Shown here in pieces: positions 23,805 through 35,800 of a DNA stretch of 64,000 nt. The notes below the pieces were generated by a model that worked only from the letters and a program-made list of their open reading frames with translations, did no database searches and was not told the origin of the DNA. Location: positions 6,043-70,042 of the forward strand of contig NIVC01003912.1 of NCBI GenBank assembly GCA_002269645.1, written 5' to 3'. Origin of the DNA: Macrostomum lignano (Eukaryota). A program made the translations under genes and the position numbers. Numbering within the stretch: position 1 is the first letter of the stretch; the number at the start of each line of letters is the position of its first letter.

Positions 23805-26800
23805 CTATAGAACAGTGTGTGCAATAAAGTGCCTACTACGTACAGCTTCGCACGCAAACAAAAAATGTAGCCCACCGAAAGAGCTCCTTACCGTTTTCCA
23901 ACGGGGTGGTGCAAACTTGACTGGAATGACACCGACCGGCCAACTTGTCTCCGTTGCTCTCGGGTCACGCACCGTATTCAAATCATTCCTTAAGTTGCTC
24001 TCATGTTCTTCTGGGACTTTAGAGTTTCGGTTGCTCCTTCGCATAAGCAGAAGGACTACTATAAAAGTCCCAATTAGGCAAAGGGCACCAACTGAAGCAC
24101 CAACAGCGATGGAAATAATGTTGGTGTTGTTGCTGCTAGTCCTTACAGTAGGCTGCATAGCTGTTTTTACGTCCAGCACCCGCAGGTACTCCCAGGAGAC
24201 CGTCAGGCTGCTGTTGCTCAGGCCAAGTAGCACGAGCTGGCGGTTGTTCATGAGCTGCACCAGCAAATAAACAGCGAAGGAAGCACTAGTGTTGGCACCA
24301 GACTGACTGTTGACGGTAAAACTGATAAGAACGCTGCCATTTGCAAACTGCATGTCGGTTAGTTGCGACTCAGCGAGCCTTAGCTGACGCGCAAGCTGAC
24401 TCGTCAGGTGGCCTTGAAGGCGGCTTTCGTCTGTAACGACGTTAGAGAATGACTCTGTGACCCTAATTTGGAGTGCCACAGCTATAGTGTCCGTCTCTGA
24501 GAGTGTCGGAGCCGTTACACGGGGTAATATAGTCGTCGTGATGCTGTTCCAAAGCGTTGCAGCTGAAGTTTGCGTCTCTGAGAGTGTCGCCGACGTACTA
24601 GTGGGTTCCTGAGTAGAAGTGATGGTACTCTGAGAAGTGCTAGACAAACTCGGCGCTTTCGAAAGTGTCGCAGATGTACTAGTGGGTTCCTGAGTAGAAG
24701 TGATGGTACTCTGAGAAGTGCTAGACAAACTCGGCGCTTTCGAAAGCGTCGCAGACGTACTAGTGGATTCCTGAGTAGAAGTGATCGTACTCTGAGAAGT
24801 GCTAGACAAACTCGGCGCTTTCGAAAGTGTCGCAGACGTACTACTGGGTGCCTGAGTAGAAGTGATGGTACTCGAAAAAGACACAGATGAGGTATGCATC
24901 TCCGAAATTGTAGTCGTTAAGCGAGATTCAAGTGTTGTTTCAAACGTCGTCCTTGCCTGGCCAATCTCACTTTCGGTGGTAGATGGAGCGATGGTTGTCT
25001 CCGGTTGGAAGCCTGGTGGTCCCTCAAAAACGCCAATAAATGAAGATATGTCATGGCACACACACGTTACGTGCCAGATGCCATCGTCGGTCTGGAATGG
25101 CGCGCGAGTCGTGCAGTTATCCGGGGTCCAGTCGGCTCCGCTCCAGCTACGGCAGATGAGGCTGATGCTACTAAGATTCACAGAGCCACTGATGTTGGTG
25201 GTGATAGTCACACCATTGCTGAGGCGTGAAACATTCTGGTTCGCACCGTCGCTCGGGTGAAATATTCCTACGTAGGCCAGAGGACTGCGTCGCGGGGGAA
25301 TCGTCGGAGAAGCCACTTTGGCCTGTGGAGTGAGCAGATCCTTGTCCAGCAGGATGGTTCCGATGCAGGCACCGTCCTGGAAGCAGTCAGTCTGGCCACA
25401 TGACCAGTTATAGTAGCGCTGCTCGAGATCGGCACCAAGTGCAACCTGTTGACGGACTGTGAAATTGGATAGACAGTCGGTGCTTCCTGAGTCACATCCC
25501 ATCTCCAGATTGGCTGAACCGACTGAGTTGAAAGACGTCTTGTACACGCGTACAACGGTCATTGTGGATGCTGCCGCCTGAGCTAGCGAGTTCGGATTTT
25601 GACTGTTGCAGAAGGCAGGAACGGTGTTAAGAATTGTAGCCTGGATATCAGCAGCTGTTGTCGAATCGAGCGTGGAGTGATAGACTCCGGATGCGATGTC
25701 GAGGACGGACTTCACTTCAGTGGCAGTTATTTTGCTTGTTGTTCCACGCTGAGATCCCGACGCGTTGCGCCTTCGCCTTCTTTTTGCGCTGTCTGGCGAA
25801 GCTGGTGAAAACGACTGAGAGTGAAACGCATCAAGGCACTTTTTAAGAGTGTTCAGTACCAAGTTAGTTATATACTGGCTGTTGGCTCTCGTTTTCCGAA
25901 ACAGTTGACAGCTTGTTGCAGCCCTGAGACAGGAAACCGATGGCACACTGAAATTATCGATAAAGTTTGAATATAATACTGCCCTTTAGTTATTTTACAC
26001 TATTGACAGGTTGGTTTTCTGTTAAAAAAGTGTATTACTATTTAGCATGACTTATATACCTTGTGTCTAAAGTCAGAAGATCCCGAATCACCAGTTCCTG
26101 CACCAGCTAATTCTTCTTGTTCTTTTCCTCGGACGACAGGCCAGTATCTGGCTCACTCAGGATCATTCCGCATAGTGCTGGACCGTCAACTACAATACAA
26201 TATATCAAATGGATACCTAGTTAATTTGAATTCGAAACTAAATAGAAATAGGAAATACGAGCTAACTTAATCGCCCTCACAGCTGTTTGAAATATTGTTC
26301 AAGTTGTTTAGTAAATCGTCGAGCTTGGCAAGCGTCAGCTGCTTCGCTTGCACCTGAATTACAGTAGTAAATGAGAACCAATCGGAGCCTGCTCCGTTAG
26401 AGTCGATGGCTGAAGCTTTGCAGATCCAGTTTCCTCCAGGTAGACGAGTGGTGAGCAGTCTAGCGGGTGTTGGTTCACTAGTTACGCTGACGCACTGGCT
26501 TGATGAATCTTGGCGACAGCACATGGCGCTGTAACTGAAGGACACGTCGGAATCGTCAGTGATATTCGGCCATATGGTGAGCGTGAAGGGTGTCTCCAGA
26601 GCGGCTCCTTGACTGGGAGTCACAGACAGTGATGCATTCACGCGGAAGTCGAACTGGGCCTGAGCGGTCCCGGAACTGGCGCTGGCGATCAAAAGCAGTC
26701 GGTAGGAGACACCGGCAGCAAAGCTGCAGCTTCGTCCTGGCTTAAGAACCAAAGTGATGAAGCAGCGTCGATTGGGTACGCATGTATCGGTCAGCGGCGG

Positions 26801-29800
26801 TCCTACTGAGCACTGCTGAAGCGACAGCGAGCCAAAGCCAGTCTCTTGAGTATCCACAGACCATTGAGTCTGAGTGATCTCACTGGAAATCACTAAAGCT
26901 GTCACCGGGACAGCAGCGTTTGGATTGATTGGTTTGTTGCTCGGCTCGGTCAAGATCCGGACTGATGGAGGCGGACGAGACAAAATCTGCACAAGCTTTG
27001 TACGACTGGACCGTCGCTGACCCCGCTGACAACTCACAGTGAGGTTCATGAAGCCTGAGGGTAGCTCGTATACACTGGGATCCGGCCAAGGCACTTGGAT
27101 ACTGTTCGATGATGTCTGAGTTCCATCCGAACCGAAGAAGCATGGTCCCAGTGTGTATGTTGCGCATGTAGATTGCCTCACCGTTGGCCCACTTGGTCAG
27201 ATAGAAGGTGCAAAATGTCGTCTCAGTCGAGTAGTCTGGATCGATGATGTACACGGATTCCTGCAGTGCATCGCTGACGCCGAGATCAGAGCGACCTCCG
27301 CGGACGAACATGAGAACCAGAGGGCGGCTGATCGTCTCCAGAAGCAAAAAGCCGCACGCCACGTTGGGCCAAGTCGGCATGGAAGCGCAGACACTCAGGT
27401 TGTAGGACTGGCCTCCTTGCAGGACTCCAGATCTCAGTCGGAAGAATTTACCTGTGATCGCCTGTTGGTCCACATTGATGGCTCTGGTGCCACCGACGAT
27501 CTTCCACTTGTACTGCAAAATTAAAATGTGGAGAATCACGCCTGATGGCAGTGTAGGTGCAAGAGCCTAAAGGTATACTATTGTATAGCAGACAGCAGGT
27601 GTACTTTATATTCGATAGTACGAGCTAAGACATTTCAGAGATATGCTCATTGAGATTTTGTTGCAAATTTTGCTTCTCTTATCATACTATGATGCATGAT
27701 TTATACAATAAGCGTTCTCAGAGTACTGTTACTTACACTCAGAGTGCCGATAGCCTTGGTATAGCAAAATGACGGTCGTACAAAAAGCACAGCGCTGTAC
27801 CAAAGATCGGGCTTCACATACTTTTGCTGTCCGAAGATACTAATGCTAAATGGCGTTTTTTCAACGAGTCGTTTAACTATGATGCTCGCCGTATTCGACT
27901 GTGTTCCGCATTCGTTCTGGGCAGAAGCCGTGATGTTGTATGACTCCCCAGGCGGAATCTGAAGAATAAAGCAAGATTTGAGACTGTAAATATTATAATT
28001 TTTTTTGAGTAATATCTTCTGACTTAAGCGCTTGAGATCACTAACATCCTTTCCGGCGTAGAAAGTGACTTCTGTGGAAAACTTTGACTGGAATGCGGCC
28101 AGCTCAGTTGCTTGACAAGCTGAGCCTGCAGCACACCGGATGTCCCAAGTGATCTGCTGCACCATCGATCCTCTGATGGTGGCATACAGGTTGAACGAGT
28201 CACAGAGTCCGACGGTGGCCACCTGGTTGGCATCTGATTGAACTCCGGCCAAAAAGATGACAGGTGGCTTCCGACCGTTTGCATTCACAACAGCGGTGCT
28301 GACACTGGAACTGGTGGCCAGGCTGATGTCGCTGCCACCCACATAAATGATATTCGAATTGATGCTGATTCGAGAGCCAGAGCAGATTGTTGCGCCACGT
28401 CCTTTCCACACGATGAGAGCGTTTGCCCTCGCGTAGCACTTTGGGCCAGCGCAAAAGTCGACGCATCAAAGATGGCCGAGCACGCCGTCTGTCGCAGCTG
28501 GATGTTTGTGTCGAACTGGAGATACAGGTGGTAGCCACTAGCGTCATCAGTTGCTGAGAGCAGCACCGGACCCTTACTCGAGCGGATCGAGAACGGCAGA
28601 GAGTTGTGCCTGGTCGGTGATTGCAAGAGGTGTAACCGATGTGTCACTTGGTGTAAATCATTGCATTCATACTTGCAGCAATAAAAACAAACCACTCACT
28701 TGAACACCGCATATGCATCGTAGCTAAGTGTTTGCAGCTTGCAGTTCATGACGCTGAGCTTCCATTGCAGCGACTGTCGGACTTCGGCCAGCGCAGAGAT
28801 ATTGCAGGTGACGCTTGTCGCGCTGTCGAATCTGGCCGGCACAGTGAGAAAGCCAGTGCGCGGGTCGCATCGGGTGTGGCGGCTAAGATCGTCGCAGTAG
28901 AGAAGGCAGACGAGATCGGGCGTGTTGACGAATCCCTGTCCGCTCACTGGCAGAGAGTAAACGGGATTTTCTAGCGTGAGTCTGCTCCCGACACTCAAGC
29001 TGGACAAGCTGGGAGCTCCAAAAACAGTCAAGGTTCCACCGGAAACGTCCTCGATGACTGTAGCACCGGAAGCGGTCAAGTATTTAACCTGTAGAGCGTA
29101 CTCGCGAGCAACGAGACCCGAGGGCACAGAAAAGCGGAACAGACCAGAAGATACATCGATGGATATTGCTTGAAGCTCCGTGTAGAGCGACTGTCAATGT
29201 GAGGGCGGAAGAAGTAGTTTGTATTTTATCAACGTAAATTACAAAGTTATCAATTGAAGCTTATAAATTTTGAGTATTGCTGGACTTGCTATCTATTTTG
29301 CTAATAATCGCCTAAATCTACATCTGTAAATACATCTGTAAGTAAACCTTTAGGCGCGTTGCCACTAAATTAGGCCATTAATCGTCACTATCAGGATAAA
29401 CGGCTTGTACTATTTTTTTCGCCGCGTTTTACATCGTCGTGTAATTTACATTTGTGCAATTTGATAGCGGTGTACGTAAAAGAGCCTTTAGTTATATTAT
29501 TGCAAAAATGGAATTGATGTCTTACCCAATCGGTCACTTTCAGCAGGCGCAGAGTGATTGAGCTGATTGTAAGGTTGATGCTGCTGCTGCTGATTGTCAC
29601 TTGCTGATAAGCAGCGTATGACCCCACGCAAGCGTTTCGGGTAATCGTGAAGTGGATCCGAGCACAGATGTCTCTCTGCGGGTCGCTGGGCAGCAGACAA
29701 CGACGGCATTTATCGTAAGTCTTTCGGGACGACAACGATGGCTCAGCGACACCGTCACAGCCTGTGATACAGGAAGTGTCGTTGCTGCAGCCGCAGGGTC

Positions 29801-32800
29801 CTACGCCGAAGTTGGCCGCTCTTCCGGTGCTTCCCTCGGTGCAGAAGCCGCACTTATTGATGCGCGCAGTGCTGTTCACTTTACCATCGCACCACACCGA
29901 TCTGATGTACTCATCAGCAGTCGCAAATCGACTGGAATTGTAGCACAGGCCAGGCATTGGCGAGACAAAAGATCCGTTGCATCGACCAGCGCAGTCCTTT
30001 CCATAACGCATGGCTTTGCCAGTTCTTCCACCAACGCAGTTGCCACAGTCGTTCCAGATCGCTGTGCCATTTGCATCACCGTTGCAGTCGATGCATGAGC
30101 GACCATTTCCACCACAGATTTTACAGACATCAGTCTGGAGACCTGACCATGGCTGATTGTCGCAGCCAACCGTCACTGGACGGACAACTGCCCATCCAGC
30201 AGCTGCACTTTTGTTGACCACGCTACTGACAACGAGTGGATTGATGTAGACTTGTTGTTGGGCGACCAGCTTCTCTGCGGCTGTAAAAGCAAGGATGGCG
30301 CGACTGCGGGACCAGGACGCCGGGACGGTTGGCCGAAATCGGATCGTAGCGTTGGCCGGGAGGAACATCGCTGTGACAGGCCCCGTACCGTTGACGCCAT
30401 TTGCTAGGAAGTCAGAGAGCTGCAGCGTGGAGGAAGATGTAGATGAGATGCTTCCCAAACACTGGATGGTTGAAAAGGCATCCGAAGTTTTTGCCGAGTC
30501 CTTAAAACGCGAGAGCATGCGATACTGCTTAAACGCAGGCTTGTCAGCGGATACATTCAGAGTCTGCCAGGACATGGAGTTCGGCAGCTGGTACTCCAGA
30601 ACACCACTTGCATCGTCGCCGAGGCCTTGTAGAACGAGAGCGCCCAACTCAAATGTATTATCGTCACAAAAGAACAGTGAAACCATGTCGCCGACCCGAA
30701 TCTGAGTGACGTAGTTTTCTCCATGCCGTTGCAGCATGAAGCCTTGCTCTCGCTGTAATTTCTGACTCACGTACTCGTTCTCCCTGTCCTTGAGAACACC
30801 AACAGAGAAGAAATCTTTATTCACAACAGGAGGCTGCTCCTTGTGCAGCACGCTGATTGTGACTTTGACTATCCCACCCATGGCTGTAAAAGGAAGGACG
30901 GATGGAACAAGGGAACCAGAGCTGGTGTAGCTGAAGCGAGGCGGCAGTCCACTCCAAGCCTGGCACATCAGAACGAAGGTCTTGGTAGCGGCATTGCGAT
31001 TTGGTTCGAATCGGATGTTGGCTTGGCTTGGACTCGGAACGAGAAAGCCTCTCATGTACTCGTTGATACCGCTTGTCGTGACTCCACTTCGGAACGTCAG
31101 GTTTCCGTAGATGTCAGACCTGGAAGTTACACAAATTACGTTTACACTATATTTATGTATATACTGAAGTATAATACTTGAACCAAAACAATTCACATGA
31201 GATATTTTTCATTCTCCTTTTATTCCATTATTTCAAGTATTAAACCGAAAAATCTATTTATGTTTCGGTTCTTGTTACATTTCTTACATTGTTCTGGCAG
31301 CAATGTGCCGCCTCTACCTTCGTAGCAGGAGTAAACTTACCACACTGGCTGCACCATGTACTTGCAGAACACGCCACCGACAGTCGAGAACTCAACCCTT
31401 GAGCGCATGTTGCAGAGACTTCGCTCACAGTGCAGATCAATTACGTTGTTAAGTCTTAGATCGCACACGCTGCTGCTCGGGAAACCGTTTGGACTCAACA
31501 CCAGCACTGTGGAGAGAGACACATCCAGCACAGAGGTGTCCATGACGCTGAGGCTGGATTTATTCAGTGTCACATTGGGAGGTAAAGCTCTCGGAGGTAG
31601 GAGCACGAAGCTTCTCATAACGCATTCCGATCCGTCCGGAAGTAGCAGCGAGTACGTGAGATTGATGAGTACATTTTGAGCGCCGTGTAAGAGAAGCTGG
31701 AAGCAACTGTCGGGTCTGATCGGCTCTGGACTTCCGCTGACGTTGATTTTGCGACCATCCAACTCCATCTCAGTACCGGATGCCGGGCTAACAAAAATTA
31801 CTTTGATGCGTGCGGCAGACGCAGCGCCAAGAAGGTGACCTGTGCGACAGACGCCGGGGTCCGGAGCATCCCTGTACAAGCCCTTGAAGCCAGAAACGAG
31901 CTGAGCAGCTGGCAAAAGCCGATGAGGGCGAGGACACAATTGACGGCAATTGGCAAAGTCCAAGCAGGCACCGAATGCGTGAGGACAGGCAGTCTAAGGA
32001 TGAGCATTTTGAATGAAGCAATCTCGTCACCGCGCATTAGCAATACAAACAATGAGCTTTTTTACCTGCTACGAATGTAACTCAAAAAATTAGTAGGCAT
32101 TCAGTAGAATGCATTCTGTTGCTTACCTCATTGGCGCCCTCGCATATCGTGAAATTTTGAGGCAGAGACGCACAGAAGCTTGACCCAGCTGTAGCATTCT
32201 CACAGATACGAGCGAAGCTCGTATTGTCGAGAAAAATAAGCTAAAGAAGCTAAAAAGCTAAAAAAAAACAGCCATTTTGATACCTACCTTGCCTTGTGCG
32301 TTGCACCGTGCACCCTGATCGACAAGAGACAGCACACAAGCAGCCTTGCAGAGTAGTTGACCGCTGGGTGGGCAGGAAACCTGTGCAAAACGACAGCAAT
32401 GGGTTTCATGAAGTTGGAACGACTCGAATAAATCATAAAGTTGCTTGTACCCACTTTGTATCGGCAATCCTTAGGCTTCTCTGTAGTAATCTGATCATTT
32501 GTAGTTTCTGGACCGATTGTTGTACGAGGATAAATTGTCGGCGCTTCGCACAAATTATCAGAAGGAATACAAGTCTTTGAAGCCAAACAGGGAACATATC
32601 CAGGATAGCAGATGGATGAATACTGAATTCGGAGAATCTCGTCGCCAAAGTAGTTTCCGTCAGTCGGAGGCGTGTCCTGCTCCGGCAGCAGTCCGTTCCA
32701 CAGTCTGCATGTAAAATTCACACTGCCTGGCTGTCTGAGTTGCACATAAAAGTATGAACTCTCAACCGATAGCAGTAGGTATCCTGAGCCAAACTTTCTG

Positions 32801-35800
32801 ACAGGAGCACTGCCATAGTAGGAGTAGGCGTGAAACGAATATTCGGTGTAGAGCGACGACGCCTCAATGTAGCAGTAGGCAGCCTTGCTCGGCGCCTCTC
32901 GACACAGCTGACGAACGTGGTCGTTGAGAGCGGATTCGGGAAACTCGGGCAAACCGAGACTGTCGCACCACGGGGCAGAGGCTGTAGACTGGTTCAATAC
33001 TGGACCTAAAATATTATTTGGGTAGACATCGTCATACATGGATCCAGTGCCGTTCTTTTCTACCACGACTGTCGGGAATCTAGCTGGTGGCGGTCGCGAC
33101 TTCGGCGGAAGCAGAAATCCGTAGGTAGGCTGACACTCGGCGACTACCTTGTTGTCCTTGTTGAAGTAGCGAACCCTCAGCTTTACCCACGATAGACTCG
33201 CATTGGAGCCGGCGTAGTTGGACATTCCCAGAGCATCTGCGCTCACGCAGCTGTTGTTATCGAGAAGCCTGTCGAGTGTAATTTCCTGTCCGATGCGGCT
33301 GTTGTCGAGCTTGTTGGATCCGATTCTCATCACTGGAGGACCCACTTGCTGCACGACGGTGAAGCGAAAATTCAGATCCGCAGGAATGAAGCAGGAGTTT
33401 GTAGGCGACACGGACGTGATGATAATCTTGTTGTTGGGACACGACCTCTTTGCCTCCACTTCATCGCACTGTGTCTGTCTTAGACACATGTGGTATCCGG
33501 TATAGCATCGGATCAGAGGATCAGTGCTGGTGCTGGTGGCATTGTCACACGGGCTGTTCATGTAATTGCAGTCGTCCCAAGACATGTGAACACTTCTGTT
33601 GTAGCAGATTCCTTGTTTTGTACACGATTTCTGAATATTGGAGAGGTGTAAGATTGAAAGGCTTTGGAGAGATCAAATCTAAAGAATCACCTTAGCATGA
33701 AATGAGTATCATTTTATTAGAATTGCTATTTTCAAAGATCTCTAGATGCTGGCAATGCCCTCAGAACTGTTAGCTTTCAATAGTTTTCGCATGGTAGTAT
33801 GTGTAAAATATTACAGATAAGATTTTTCTGCTGCAATTTTTGACACTTTAAGGAGCGAGTGCATCAAATAGCTGACATTTCTGGCTTCTTGGATCGAAAA
33901 TCGAGCAAATCATTTCAGAATTGTTTCGGCTATTAATCTAATATTCATAGCGAGGTTCGGACTATTTATTTATGCACGAACTTTTTAAAGGTCTTAAGCC
34001 TTAAACTTTCTAATTAAGCGTAAATTAGTATTGCGTTATTTACTATTGGGGGGGAATGCTTCTTATCTTTATCTATTCAACTTTCTTTTGTTGTTTTTTT
34101 GTTTTTTTCAATAAAAAGAGATTTATAGCAAAACTCCTTGTCCTGATAATTTTAATGGAATAAAATGATTTGTAAAACTGAAGACAAAATGCTTTTAAGA
34201 AAATGTGCTTTTATTTTTAAGGGTTAACATAAGTAATTTTCGTCCCTAGCTTAGTGGTTCAAATCTTAGTCGCGTAATTTTTTGATTAAAATCGTCATTC
34301 AAGTAAATATTTTGGAATACCTACGATGTCAAGGCTTGGGGGAATTGCTTCAATGCTGTGACTCTTGGAAAGAATTGCTGTGATGTCAAGGTCTTCTGAC
34401 GGAATTGCTGGTATTTCAGGGCTGACGGAGGGAATTGCTGAGATGTCAAGGATTGCTGGGGGGGAATTGCTGAGGCGTCAAGGCTGAGGGGCAATTGAAG
34501 CTACATGTAGTTTATTAAGAACCGAGGGAACCAGTAGACTGCTAGTCCTCATACACTCAGCAAAATTGAAAAGTTTCCACCCTCGCACCAGCCGTGTATA
34601 TTTAGAGTTTCAAAACTGGTTTTGTCGCCAGACTTGTGCCATAGACGATTGATGATTTCGTCAACACGCACTTGGGCCATAGACAAAAACTTGGGTAATA
34701 GACGCCAGACAGGTCGAAGAAAACAGTCACACGGAGCAGACAGCAACAGCTTACAGGAGTCTAAAATCCACGTTCGCAACCGAACGCAATGCTTCGCCAA
34801 ATGACCGACCTGGAACGAGCGCGCGCCATTGGCATGCTGGACGCTGGGATTACCTGAAGCGCTCGATTCGGCGCGAAAATCCGCCGCAAAACGTTGCCCA
34901 ACTGCGCGAATCACTGTCTACTGCATGGCAACAACTACGGCAAGACTTTCTGCGACGCCTGGTTCTGGGAATGCCCCGGAGAGTGAGCGCTCTGCTGCAC
35001 GCACGTGGCTGCTATACGCGTTACTGACCCTGTTCTGGGCAAGTTGTCACCCATGCTCGCGTACTTTGTTTCTTTGCTGTTCCTTTGCTTCGTTCGAATC
35101 CGGATTATATATTTGTCTATGGCTCAAACCACGAATATCTCCACCCACCAAAACGTTGACCCTTCGCGCGCTAGGGTGGAAACTTTTCAATGTTGCTGAG
35201 TGTATGTATCGCGTCTTATTCTCATTTTGATATTCCATTTTTTAGTCTATGGCCAAGCCATTCCTGCAGCCAAGACTGGGCATGCTCTGGCCGTGGCTAG
35301 CCTGGCCTTGCTTGCGATCCTATGCAGTCTTATTTTGAATGTCTAAAGTCTTATCTAGAGCGTCAAAAGCGATACTAAAAATGATTTCTCTAGGGGCAGC
35401 TATCATAGATCTTATATTCCCTAGATAGGCCACTTTGTATGGCGGTAATAGGGAAAGTGCGACCGCTGTTTTTCGTCACTTCTGCGAAAAAGCCGACACG
35501 GATTGCTTATAAATTTGAGTTCAGTAGCTTTGCGACATAGAAGCTATTTTTTGAGAATTTAATAGAGCTTCTCATGAATTGAAAAAAAAACTACTCAATC
35601 AAACTAAGAACTATCCATACACTGCAGAGACTGCTGACGAGATAGATTTCAGTAGTTGATTTTCTCGCTATCGCGAGTCTCAATTTTTTTTACATTAGCC
35701 TCTATAGCCACATAAGTGGCTAATGAGTGGCCCTTCTTTTGTAAATATGAATGTATACGAACGCCGCAGATGCACATAAAGATATTTTAATACACATATC

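Noticed and set aside
27959-28045. Stop-free 87-nt stretch read through by the ORF track as coding
   Set aside because: AT-rich, bounded by GTTAGT and a pyrimidine-rich CAG; best treated as a phase-0 intron.
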